Assembly (NCBI GenBank): GCA_963422735.1
Contig: OY730476.1
Span: forward strand, 3,456,001-3,520,000
DNA length: 64,000 nt
Direction: 5' to 3'
From: Candidatus Latescibacterota bacterium
GTDB lineage: Bacteria; Latescibacterota; UBA2968; UBA8231
Shown here: one piece after another, positions 51,614-60,907 of the stretch
How positions within the stretch are numbered: position 1 is the first letter of the stretch
How the letters are laid out: each line of letters begins with the position of its first letter
Notes under the pieces: model-generated
The model's input: the letters and a program-made list of their open reading frames with translations, nothing else
Databases searched by the model: none
What the model was told of the DNA's origin: nothing
Made by a program: the position numbers and the translations under genes

Positions 51614-52519
51614 ATGACAATCGCGGTCCGACCCTACCTTCCGGACGACCTGTCCGGCATCCTCGACCTTTACAACGGACTGCTCGTCGGTCGCGTCCCC
51701 CACTGTTGGCCGGTGACGCCATCCTCTCTACACCGGACACTGCAGGCAGGTGAGGTAGAGTGCGAGGGGGCGCGGCTTCTCGAGCAAGCTGTCCTCGTGG
51801 CAGGCTCAGGTCGCTACGGGTTCGTCCATGTCGGCCGCCAAGCGACGAACAAGCGGCAGGAAAACGAGATCGGCGTGATTCGCTTCCTTGCCTACCGCCG
51901 CGGCGAGCGCGCCGTGGGCGATGCGCTGCTGGCAGCGGCCGAATCTTGGATGCGCGAACGGGATCTGCGACACAGCGTCGTTATGCCGCAACCTTGGCGT
52001 TATCCGTTTTACGCCTTCCCCCACGCCTACCTGTCCGATCACCTCGATCACGTGCAGGCCCTGCTGCGCTTCCGCGGCTACACCAAGACCGGCGGCGAGG
52101 TATTTCTCGATTGGCTAGACATGCATCCGAAGCTGGTTGGCGATTCCAGCGGCCTCGACTGCGAGCTTCGCGTCGAGGATTGTCCGGGGGCCGGTCCCCG
52201 ACCGGGATTGCGGCTCCAGGCCGTGCAGGACGGCGACGGTATCGGCGCGTGCGTACTGGTCAGCGGTGCCGAATCCTCCGCCGCCGACGAGGCCCACGAT
52301 TTCGCATTCTGCGACTGGCTCGGCGTGAACGAGAAGCACCAAGGCCGCGGCCTCGGACGCTTCCTGCTGTCATACGCCATGTACTTGGCGCGCGAGCGCG
52401 GCTATCGCCACGGTGCCATCAGCACCGCTTTTGACAACGACCGCGCCTTCCTGTTCTACACCAACCACGGTTTCCAGGTCGTCGATTGGACCTACGAGTT
52501 TGCGCGGGAGCTTTCTTGA
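51614..52519 (+). CDS. Tandem GNAT family N-acetyltransferase
   Basis: Two GNAT folds; LGVNEKHQGRGLG and NDRAFLFYTNHGF motifs. Confidence 0.85.
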   Translation: MTIAVRPYLPDDLSGILDLYNGLLVGRVPHCWPVTPSSLHRTLQAGEVECEGARLLEQAVLVAGSGRYGFVHVGRQATNKRQENEIGVIRFLAYRRGERAVGDALLAAAESWMRERDLRHSVVMPQPWRYPFYAFPHAYLSDHLDHVQALLRFRGYTKTGGEVFLDWLDMHPKLVGDSSGLDCELRVEDCPGAGPRPGLRLQAVQDGDGIGACVLVSGAESSAADEAHDFAFCDWLGVNEKHQGRGLGRFLLSYAMYLARERGYRHGAISTAFDNDRAFLFYTNHGFQVVDWTYEFARELS

Positions 52520-52549
52520 CCTCCGGCCGCTACTGTCAAGGTACTGCCC

Positions 52550-53698
52550 ATGATCATCGACTCCCACGCCTACTGCTTCCCCCCCGCCGACTCCCCCGCC
52601 GGTCACCCCACCGCCGCCGACCACCTGCGCTGGGTCCAGGGCGGTCAGGCCTCCCACCACCAGCCCGCTTGGCGCATCCGCGACCGCGCACCGGCCTCTT
52701 CCGCGGTGCTGACAGCACCCGGTGGGGCCATGGACTTCGACAATCTGCCCAACGTCAACTTCCGCGTTGACCACGACAAGGGCCGGGTGGTGTGGACGAT
52801 TGACGGCGAGGACCTCACCAAGCAGTTCTACCCGCCTAACTTGCCCCACTTGGAGTACACGCCTCACAACCTGCTCGCCGAGATGGACTACGCCGGCGTT
52901 GATAAGGTTTTGTTGCACGTCGATGCCATGCTGGGCCGCGATCCCGCTTTCCAAGCGGAGTCGGTCGCTGTTGACCCGGAGCGCATCTATTCGATGGCTC
53001 CCGTTGATGAGTGGCGCTTGGCCGGCGAACTCGATGCCGTCATCGCCGAGACTGTCGCCGCCGTCGAGAAGCACGGCCTGCACGCCATCAAGTTCAACCC
53101 GCCCCACGCCTACTACTACCGCTCCGACCCGTGGGATGGGGAGCACCTGCGTCCGTTCTGGGAGGCGGTGGCCGCGCTTGGCGTGCCCGTGTTCTTTACG
53201 CTCGGCACCGGGCCGGGCGAAGCGTCGGTGTTGCAGACTGTGGAGAGCCAGCGTTGCGGCTACTTGGCCGAACTCGACATCTTGGTGCGCTGGATGGAGC
53301 GCTACCCGGACGCGCTGTGCAGCCTCACGCACGGTTTCCCGTGGCGTCTCTTCCTCGACGACGAGCCTTCCGGTTCCCCGAGCCGGATCGAGTTGCCCGA
53401 CGAGATATGGCCCCCCTTCGACAATCCGAACCTGAGCCTAGAGGTCTGCTTCCCAGTGCGCCTCGGAGACTTGTTCGACTACCCGTACCGCGAGCTGTGG
53501 CAGACGCTCGAGCAGATGGTCGAGCGCATCGGTGCCGAGCGGCTGCTGTGGGGTACTGACATGCCCTTCCAGAACCGCTTCTGCACCTATCGCCAGTCGC
53601 GCCGCTGGATTGAGGACTACTGCGAGTTCCTCTCTGCCGAGGAGCTGACTGCAATCATGGGTGGGACCTGTGCGCGCCTGCTCGGTCTCAAGGTCTGA
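52550..53698 (+). CDS. Amidohydrolase_2 family protein
   Basis: MIIDSHAY, LTHG, RLLWGTDMP. Confidence 0.85.
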   Translation: MIIDSHAYCFPPADSPAGHPTAADHLRWVQGGQASHHQPAWRIRDRAPASSAVLTAPGGAMDFDNLPNVNFRVDHDKGRVVWTIDGEDLTKQFYPPNLPHLEYTPHNLLAEMDYAGVDKVLLHVDAMLGRDPAFQAESVAVDPERIYSMAPVDEWRLAGELDAVIAETVAAVEKHGLHAIKFNPPHAYYYRSDPWDGEHLRPFWEAVAALGVPVFFTLGTGPGEASVLQTVESQRCGYLAELDILVRWMERYPDALCSLTHGFPWRLFLDDEPSGSPSRIELPDEIWPPFDNPNLSLEVCFPVRLGDLFDYPYRELWQTLEQMVERIGAERLLWGTDMPFQNRFCTYRQSRRWIEDYCEFLSAEELTAIMGGTCARLLGLKV

Positions 53699-53714
53699 TG
53701 ACAGGAGGAATATC

Positions 53715-54791
53715 ATGGCAGGAGAAACGAGATACCGTGCGGCGATCGTGGGATTGGGTTTTATCGGGGGAGCGGACCAGGTCTCGGGCGATGCTCTTGG
53801 CCAGCGCGTCGAGGATCTCGATGGTACGCACGTGGACGCACTGCACAACCACGACCGGGTCGATCTAGTCGCTGGTAGCAGCCGCGACAACGGGCGGCGC
53901 GAGCGCTTCCACGTGCGCTATGGAGTGCCCGCGTTCGCCGACTGGCGCGAGATGCTCGGCGCAACCGTGCCCCTCGACATCGTCTCGGTCGCCACGTACA
54001 CCCCCGTCCACGCCGAGATTGCCCAAGCGGCAGTAGAAGCCGGTGCCCGCGCCATCTACTGCGAAAAGCCCGTTGCGGCGACGGTCGCCGAGGCCGAGGG
54101 GATGTTGTCTGCCTGCAACAAGGCCGGTGCCCTGCTCGTCATCAACCACAACCTGCGCTTCCACCCCGGCTATCGGGGGCTGCGCGACCGCATCGCCGCC
54201 GGTGCCCTCGGTACCTTGACCTCGGCCTCGCTCCAGTGGACCTCTGGTCGCCTAGGCAACGTCGGCACGCACATGATCGACGCCGTGCAGATGATCACCG
54301 GCCTGCCAGTGACCGCTGTCTCCGGCACCCTCGATCTGTCGGGGAAACCCGATTGCCGAGGCGAAGCCTTCACCGATCCCGGTGGGTGGGGTCTGCTGCG
54401 CCTCGGACGCGACTTGCCCGCGGCCGATGGTGCGCCGCGGGGCGACTTGATCTGCACGGTTGATGCTGCCGACTACGGCACTGCACCACCGCGCCACCGC
54501 TTCCACGGCACCGAGGGCTACGCCATCTGCCGCAACCGCGACATCGAGATCGTGCGCGGCGACGACCGCGAGTTTTTGCCCGACGATTCTCCGGACAGCG
54601 GCATGGACCGGGCCGTTGCCGAGATCGTCAATTGGCTCGACGGGGAGGATCCCTTTTCCTACGACGCGAAGGAAGCCATGCGTACCTTGGAGGCGATCAT
54701 CGCCTTTCACGCCTCCCATCGCGCCGGCGGTGCTTGGGTTGAGCTGCCTCTGCGCGGCGACGACCGCGATGTAGTTCTTCACAGCGGCTGA
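53715..54791 (+). CDS. Gfo/Idh/MocA family oxidoreductase
   Basis: IVGLGFIG, CEKP, NHNLRF, GTHMID; AGGAGG RBS. Confidence 0.9.
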   Translation: MAGETRYRAAIVGLGFIGGADQVSGDALGQRVEDLDGTHVDALHNHDRVDLVAGSSRDNGRRERFHVRYGVPAFADWREMLGATVPLDIVSVATYTPVHAEIAQAAVEAGARAIYCEKPVAATVAEAEGMLSACNKAGALLVINHNLRFHPGYRGLRDRIAAGALGTLTSASLQWTSGRLGNVGTHMIDAVQMITGLPVTAVSGTLDLSGKPDCRGEAFTDPGGWGLLRLGRDLPAADGAPRGDLICTVDAADYGTAPPRHRFHGTEGYAICRNRDIEIVRGDDREFLPDDSPDSGMDRAVAEIVNWLDGEDPFSYDAKEAMRTLEAIIAFHASHRAGGAWVELPLRGDDRDVVLHSG

Positions 54792-54798
54792 CGGTCGT

Positions 54799-55572
54799 TC
54801 ACCCCTTCGGCACCACGAGGGCGCGATTGCCGTAGGGGATTGAATCCATTTCAGTGTCGTAGATCCGCTCCAGAAAATCTCGGTCCCACGGCCGCTCGGC
54901 CGCCGGTAGCCGCTCTACCACACCATCCTTGAGAAAGACGAAGTGATCCCCATACAGGAAGGCGCTGTTGGGGTCGTGCAGGACGGCGAGGACGGTGAGA
55001 TCGGCATCGACCAACTCGCGAATCAGGCGCAGCAGGTGCGCTTGGTTGAGAAAGTCGAGGTGCGAACTCGGCTCGTCGAGGAGGATGAGACGGGGCTGTT
55101 GGGCCAGAACTCGAGCGATGCGGACGAGCTGTTGCTCCCCCCCCGACAGTTCGGTATAGGGACGCTCCTTCAGGTGAATAACGCCGACCCGCTCCAGCGC
55201 GGCGATGCCGATCTCCACGTCCTCCTGTTTGGGGACATAGGTGACGTAGCTGGCGCGGCCGGTTAGTACCACGTCCTGCACCGAAAAGGGGAAAACTGGC
55301 CGGTGATGCTGGGGCAGGTAGCCGAGGACGCGGGCCCGCCGCCGGGACGAGAAGGAACGGACTTCCTCCCCCATGATACGCACTTTGCCGCGCTCGAAGT
55401 CGAGGAAACCGCCGAGAATGCGCATGAGCGTTGATTTGCCGCTGCCGTTCTTGCCGAGCAGGACGGTGAATTGCCCCGCCGGGATCTCCAGCGAGATCTC
55501 GTTGAGAATCGGCCTCCCTTCGTAGGCAAAGGAGAGCTTCTCGACTTGGATGGCTGGCGCTAGGTCTCCCAT
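54799..55572 (-). CDS. Metal-chelate/cobalamin ABC transporter ATP-binding protein (FecE/BtuD-like)
   Basis: GKNGSGKST, LSGGEQQ, LLDEP, VLHDPN. Confidence 0.92.
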   Translation of the reverse strand: MGDLAPAIQVEKLSFAYEGRPILNEISLEIPAGQFTVLLGKNGSGKSTLMRILGGFLDFERGKVRIMGEEVRSFSSRRRARVLGYLPQHHRPVFPFSVQDVVLTGRASYVTYVPKQEDVEIGIAALERVGVIHLKERPYTELSGGEQQLVRIARVLAQQPRLILLDEPSSHLDFLNQAHLLRLIRELVDADLTVLAVLHDPNSAFLYGDHFVFLKDGVVERLPAAERPWDRDFLERIYDTEMDSIPYGNRALVVPKG

Positions 55573-56570
55573 CCGATCCGCGCCTTTTTGAGGAGGAAGA
55601 TGAAGAACGGTCCGCCGAGCAGGGTGGTGAAGACTCCGACCGGAATTTCAAAGGAGGCCAACGTGCGCGAGCAAGTATCGACCAGCAGTAGAAAGGCCCC
55701 GCCAAAGGCAAAGGAGGCCGGCAGGGTGTGGCGGTTGTCCGGCCCTAGCATCATGCGCACCATATGCGGCACGGCGAGTCCGATCATGCCAATGACGCCG
55801 GCCACGGCAATCGCCGCCGAGGCGGCCAAGGTCGCCGGAATGAGAATCAGCACCCGCTCCCGCTCCGGGTTCAGGCCCACTGCGCGAGCTTCTTCGTCGC
55901 CCTGAGCTAGCACGTTCATGCGCCAGCGAAAGAGGAAGAGCCAGACCACGCCGATGCCCACTCCCGGAGCTGCGGAGCGCAGCTTGGCCCAACTCGAATT
56001 GTGCAGGTTGCCCATAGTCCAGTGGACGATGGTTTGCAGCTTGTACGGGTCGGTAAGAAACTGGACGATAGTCAGCAGAGCGGTGAAGATCCCGGTGACG
56101 ATCACTCCCGAGAGAATGAGGGAGACCACCGACACGGTCTTGCGGGTGCGGGCCAAGAAGTAGGCCAAGCCCACGGCGAGCAGGCCAAAGCCAAAGGCCG
56201 TCGGCTGGAGCGGAAGGAACGGTAGGACCAGCGCGATAGCTGCGCCAAAGGCAGCACCGGAGGAAAGCCCGAGAATATAGGGGGCCACGAGGGGATTGCG
56301 AAACAGGGCCTGTAGGGCGTTGCCGGCCGCGGCCAAGGCGCCGCCCACCAGAAAGGTGAGGAGGATGCGCGGCAGCCGCACCTCCCACACGATCGTGCTG
56401 ATCAGAGCCTCTTCTTCGGTGCTAGCGGCCGTCTCGCGAAAGAGCAAGCCATAGAGCCAGACGAGAATTTTCCCCGCCTCGGCACTGGCAGAGGGGCCGA
56501 GCAGCAGGGAGCCTAACAGGATCGGCAGCGGCAGGGCATAGATGAGGCGGCGGCGGAACGCGCTATTCAC
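55560..56570 (-). CDS. FecCD/BtuC family permease
   Basis: VRLPRI, QALFRNPLVAPYILGLSSGA, GLAVPH, EIPVG; GTG overlaps the upstream TGA. Confidence 0.92.
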   Translation of the reverse strand: MNSAFRRRLIYALPLPILLGSLLLGPSASAEAGKILVWLYGLLFRETAASTEEEALISTIVWEVRLPRILLTFLVGGALAAAGNALQALFRNPLVAPYILGLSSGAAFGAAIALVLPFLPLQPTAFGFGLLAVGLAYFLARTRKTVSVVSLILSGVIVTGIFTALLTIVQFLTDPYKLQTIVHWTMGNLHNSSWAKLRSAAPGVGIGVVWLFLFRWRMNVLAQGDEEARAVGLNPERERVLILIPATLAASAAIAVAGVIGMIGLAVPHMVRMMLGPDNRHTLPASFAFGGAFLLLVDTCSRTLASFEIPVGVFTTLLGGPFFIFLLKKARIGWET

Positions 56571-57589
56571 GGGCCGTCTCCCGTTCCGAGAGAAAGGGGC
56601 GGCGGTTCCCCGAGCCGCCCCCCGTACAGCTTGTTCAGCAGGCCGGCTCGCAACTCTTCTAGATCCTTGGCGGAAAAACGGTCTGGATGGCACCAGCGGG
56701 CGACCAGATCGACGGTGAAGATGTACTTGAGGGTCCAGAAGTCGCACGAGAATGGGTCGGACAACTCGTGTACTCGCCCGTTGCGCACCGCCGAGAGCGA
56801 GCGCCAGCCAGACAGCTCGCCTAGGTCCTCGGCATTGAGTCGGTCGTTGCACCACATGACGATCAGCTCAGGGTTCCAGACGAGGACATTTTCGAGATTG
56901 ACGATGAGGTGCTCTAGTGCGCTGTCGGCCGCCACGTTGGTTCCCCCGGCCAGATCAATCAGTTCCTGCACGGTGCTGTTGCGGCCAGCCGTCTCCAGAG
57001 GCCCTTGATCCCACATGAAATATACGCGCGGCTTGGCTTCCCCTGCGCCGAGGGCGGTCTTGTGCTGCACTGCCTCCAACTCCTCCCGGGCAATGGCGAG
57101 GAGCTCGGCGGCCCGCTCCCGGGTGCCGGTCAGCTCGCCGAGGGCGGCGATCTCGCGGTGAATGTCCTCAAAGTGCTCGATGAAGACCCCAAAGACCGGG
57201 ATGCCCTTCTCTTCGAGAGCGGCGATGGACTCCTCCTGACCCGACCAGAGGATGACTAGGTCCGGCTGCAACGCTACCATGCTCTCGATGTTGACGAAGT
57301 CCCAGTTCCCCGGCGTCGGCAAGGTGCGCTCGCGGATGCGCTCGTCCATGGCCGCGTAGTACGGGAAGACGCTTTCCTGATAGATATTGGTCGAGATGCC
57401 GACGAGACGCGCTTCGGCCCCGAGCATGTACAGGCCGCTGAGGGCGCTTTCGAGGAGGCAGACGATGCGCTCGGCCGGCTTGTCCAGCTCGATGCGGCGA
57501 CCGCGGAAATCAGTGGCCGACACGCCCTCTGCGATTACTGGATCACCGGCGAGGAATAAGGAGAGAAGCAGGAAGAAGAATACAGTCAT
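56567..57589 (-). CDS. Periplasmic binding protein (BtuF/FecB/TroA-like)
   Basis: TDFRGR..ELDKPAERIVCL, NIESMVALQPDLVI, LAGG.N, AVRNGRV. Confidence 0.9.
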   Translation of the reverse strand: MTVFFFLLLSLFLAGDPVIAEGVSATDFRGRRIELDKPAERIVCLLESALSGLYMLGAEARLVGISTNIYQESVFPYYAAMDERIRERTLPTPGNWDFVNIESMVALQPDLVILWSGQEESIAALEEKGIPVFGVFIEHFEDIHREIAALGELTGTRERAAELLAIAREELEAVQHKTALGAGEAKPRVYFMWDQGPLETAGRNSTVQELIDLAGGTNVAADSALEHLIVNLENVLVWNPELIVMWCNDRLNAEDLGELSGWRSLSAVRNGRVHELSDPFSCDFWTLKYIFTVDLVARWCHPDRFSAKDLEELRAGLLNKLYGGRLGEPPPLSLGTGDGP

Positions 57590-57610
57590 CTCGAATGATT
57601 TGAAAGACAA

Positions 57611-57723
57611 GGGCAACCACAAAGATTTCCCCTATGATGGATGTTCAAAATGTCCACGTAGGGGCGCCCCTTGTGGCCGCCCAAAATGCTGGCCCGCCAA
57701 CGGGGCACCCACAATTGCCCCTA
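57611..57723. repeat. Cluster of three GTAG-type REP-like units in alternating orientation
   Basis: GGGCAACCACAAAGATTTCCCCTA; GTAGGGGCGCCCCTTGTGGCCGCCC; GGGCACCCACAATTGCCCCTA. Confidence 0.7.
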
Positions 57724-59781
57724 TTAAAACGAGACCATTAGGCCCCCGTTGACCGAGAAGCCGGGGTCCTGAAACTGCCACGGCATCTCGAAGGTTTGGT
57801 TGGTGATGTTGTATGGTTCGAGATAGAGGTGGAGGTCGTACCCGTCTTGGGTACGGACGCGCTGCTCAAGGCGTGCGTTCACCAGAATGTACCCGTCAAG
57901 GGCTTTGGCATCCTTGTTGATATCTCCGAAGATACCGCTATAGGACTGCACGGTGACCGTCGCCCGCAAACCCTGCGGAAAAGCGAGATGAACCCCGGCG
58001 CCAATCGCACTCTCTGGCACGAAGTTGATCTTGGCGCCGACCTTGCTCGTATCCGGGTTCTCCGTCACTTCGGCGTTGGTATAGGTGTAGTTGACGAACC
58101 ACTCCACCATCTCGCTGAGGCGGTGGGTAGCCTCCAACTCCGCACCTCTAGTCGTGGTCGTGCCGGCGTTGATGTCCTGCGACTGCGCGGGATCATCCGG
58201 ATCCACTGGCACCACCCGCTGCACGATCTGGTCGTCGATTTCGATGTTGAAGCCGCGCACGCCGACCTGCAATCCCTCCGTCGGCCGGTAGTTCGCCCCC
58301 AAGTCGATGCTTATCCCCGATTCCGGTTTGATGTCTGGATTCGGGAGATGGCCGCTCTCTTTGCTGCCTAGAGGAACAGTACCGCCCACCGACTTGAGGG
58401 AGGGAGCCTTAAAGCTGCTCCCCGCATTGGTGTAGATAGAGAGGTCGTCGCTGTGGTTATAGCGTAGCCCGGTGCTCCAGAGAGGCTTGTTCCAAGAGTT
58501 GCTGTCGTCTCCCGGGGGGGCACCCTGCAACAGGTCAATGTCGTGCGATATGATGTTGTAGCGCGCTCCAGCGCGGAGGATAACCCTACTTAAATGCATC
58601 TCTTCTTGGGCGTAGAGGCCAAAGGCCGTGGCCGTGGCATCGTTGCCAGTCTTCATAATGTCGGCCTCGGACGAGGTCTCGTACGAGGCGAGCTGATAGT
58701 CGGCACCCACGGTGAGCACGTCCGTCTCCCGGGTGACGAAGGAGAGGGAGAGATCGGCCGGCACAACCGTTTGGTTGACCCCGTCCTCCGAGCGCAGAGA
58801 AAGACTTTCGGGAATGACCATTCCCTCATCGTCGCGCGCGAAGTTGTCCTCTTCCCAGCGGCGCACGTAGTCGCGGTACCCGACCTTGGCCCGGCCAATG
58901 ATCCGGTCCGAGACTGGGTGGGTGTACCCGGCGTTCAGCGTGGTGTAGGCGTGGCCGAAGTCCCGGTTCGGGCGGCCGCTGTCGCCAATGTGCCAGGTGC
59001 GGTGCGCGTACAGGGAAGCCCGCTGGCCGCGGTCGTTGAGGAAGTAGGTTCCCCGCATGTACATCTTGGTCTTCTCGTAGTTTGGAGAATCACCCTCGAG
59101 CATGTTCAGCCAAGAGTTTCTGTTGCCGTCCTTGTCGAAGGTGCCGTAGTAGGTATAGTCCGAGTCCTCGTGGTGCCCCCCGAAGAAGAGATGCAGGTTG
59201 CCGGCTGCCCGCTGGTGAAAGAAGCGCCCGCCCATAGTGTTGTAGGATCCGTAGTACGCCGAGGCGCTGGTGCGGGTGCTCCTGACGCGCTCCTTGAGGA
59301 TGAAGTTGGCCGTGCCGGCTAGCGGCGACTGATTGCCGGCAAAGTCCATGGCCAGATAGGTCGGATAGAGCACCGAGGCGGAGCCGCGCTGGTCTTCGAC
59401 CCGCTCGAAGGCCCACGGATCGAGGCTTTGGAGATCGACAAAGGCGTCAATTGGCAGGCCGTCGAGCATGTAGCCTTTGTACGTATGGGCTAAGCCACCG
59501 GAGGATCCCCAGTTAGCGTCGTTGCGGGACAGCACGTTGGCGAAGTTGCCCGGGCTGTACGAGAGCATCTCGGCCAAGTTGCCGTTGCCGAGGACCAACG
59601 AGCCTATTTCGTCGGCGGTGATGATGGAGATTTTCTGGGTCACATTCCCCGGCGTCTGCGGCAGCTTGGAGCCAGTGACGATGACCTCCTCCATCTCGTG
59701 AACATCTGCCTCGTCGTCAGCCGCGAAGGCGGAGCCGACGATGAGGAAGATGGGCAATGCACTGGCGAGTAGCTGTTTCAT
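57724..59781 (-). CDS. TonB-dependent receptor
   Basis: Signal peptide, TonB box EEVIVTG, plug LDGLP...ERVE..RGSASVLY, NPDIKPE, NITN, terminal Phe. Confidence 0.92.
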   Translation of the reverse strand: MKQLLASALPIFLIVGSAFAADDEADVHEMEEVIVTGSKLPQTPGNVTQKISIITADEIGSLVLGNGNLAEMLSYSPGNFANVLSRNDANWGSSGGLAHTYKGYMLDGLPIDAFVDLQSLDPWAFERVEDQRGSASVLYPTYLAMDFAGNQSPLAGTANFILKERVRSTRTSASAYYGSYNTMGGRFFHQRAAGNLHLFFGGHHEDSDYTYYGTFDKDGNRNSWLNMLEGDSPNYEKTKMYMRGTYFLNDRGQRASLYAHRTWHIGDSGRPNRDFGHAYTTLNAGYTHPVSDRIIGRAKVGYRDYVRRWEEDNFARDDEGMVIPESLSLRSEDGVNQTVVPADLSLSFVTRETDVLTVGADYQLASYETSSEADIMKTGNDATATAFGLYAQEEMHLSRVILRAGARYNIISHDIDLLQGAPPGDDSNSWNKPLWSTGLRYNHSDDLSIYTNAGSSFKAPSLKSVGGTVPLGSKESGHLPNPDIKPESGISIDLGANYRPTEGLQVGVRGFNIEIDDQIVQRVVPVDPDDPAQSQDINAGTTTTRGAELEATHRLSEMVEWFVNYTYTNAEVTENPDTSKVGAKINFVPESAIGAGVHLAFPQGLRATVTVQSYSGIFGDINKDAKALDGYILVNARLEQRVRTQDGYDLHLYLEPYNITNQTFEMPWQFQDPGFSVNGGLMVSF

Positions 59782-59850
59782 GGTGCGACTCCTGTAGGAA
59801 GGGGTGAGTAATGCACTCAATTCAGGGAAAGAGAGGAACAGACGTAAGCG

Positions 59851-60696
59851 TTACAGTCTTAAAGTGCCAAGACTGTCGCGGTGGATCAAGGCGTGGATCT
59901 CGCGCTCGTCTAAGCGCGGCAAGGCCGTGCCATCAAGCATTTTGTTCAATCCGTACAGACCCTCAATGGAGGCGTCAATCGTCGTAAAGGGATAGTCGCT
60001 GCCAAAGAGGAGCTTGTGCCAAACTCCGTATTCCTGCACCAGCATCAGGCTGTGGTAGAGCTGGAAAGGCCGATAGTGGAGGGCGCTGACGTCGGCGTAC
60101 ACATTGGGGTGTTTGCGGATGACTGCTAAGCACTCGCCCTCGTAGGGATGCGCTAGGTGGGCCATGATGATTTTGACCTCCGGGAAGCGGATGGCCACCG
60201 GGTCGAGATGGCGCGGCAAGGTGCAGTCGAGCGGGGCTTGGGCGACGAAGGTTGTGCCGGTGTGCAGCAGCACGGGCAGGTCGTGCTCAGCGGCGTAGTG
60301 CCACAGCGGATCGAGGCTTTGGTCGTGTGGGTAGAAGCCGGCGTACATAGAGAGCAGCTTGATGCCCCTGAGGCCGAGGTCTTGATGCCCGTAGGCCATT
60401 TCTTGCTCCCAGCCGTCTTGGGTGGGGTCGAGCGAGAGGAAGCCGATCAGTGCTTCCGGGTGAGCGGCGACATAATCGGCGACATAGCGGTCATCAACCC
60501 ACAAACCAGAGCGTCGAGCCTTGCCGCCAAAGACGATGGTTTTATCGCAGTTTTGTGCGCCCGCACGATAGGCTGCATAGCTCGCGGTTAGGTAGAGGGA
60601 CTCGTCGGCTTTGGCCACTTGGGCCGCTTGTTGGCGAAATTGGTCGGTGAAATGCTCGGGGTACTTCCAAGCATGGCTGTGGACATCGATGATCAT
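59851..60696 (-). CDS. Amidohydrolase_2 family protein
   Basis: MIIDVHSH, LRGIKL, VLLHTG, MAHL, NVYADVS, LLFGSDYP. Confidence 0.9.
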   Translation of the reverse strand: MIIDVHSHAWKYPEHFTDQFRQQAAQVAKADESLYLTASYAAYRAGAQNCDKTIVFGGKARRSGLWVDDRYVADYVAAHPEALIGFLSLDPTQDGWEQEMAYGHQDLGLRGIKLLSMYAGFYPHDQSLDPLWHYAAEHDLPVLLHTGTTFVAQAPLDCTLPRHLDPVAIRFPEVKIIMAHLAHPYEGECLAVIRKHPNVYADVSALHYRPFQLYHSLMLVQEYGVWHKLLFGSDYPFTTIDASIEGLYGLNKMLDGTALPRLDEREIHALIHRDSLGTLRL

Positions 60697-60703
60697 GCGG
60701 TTG

Positions 60704-60759
60704 TCAGATTGCGAAAATTACTTTTATATCTCAAAATCTCAGATTGCGAAAAATTACTT
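60704..60759. repeat. 20/21-bp direct repeat in an AT-rich divergent intergenic region
   Basis: TCAGATTGCGAAAATTACTT (60704) and TCAGATTGCGAAAAATTACTT (60739). Confidence 0.8.
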
Positions 60760-60907
60760 GTTATTATTATATTTAATCTTGCTTGATTAATTAAATAAAT
60801 AAGATTCAACAGAGAACATGCCGAGGCAGTCAGAGAAGAGCCAGCTACTTACCGCCGGTGCTCTAAACAAGTGTTCGCTAAATTACATTATCTGCAAGGA
60901 GAAAACA

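Noticed and set aside
59782-59850. Cobalamin riboswitch upstream of the TonB receptor
   Set aside because: The region is only about 70 bp and has no B12-box or GCCACTG motif.
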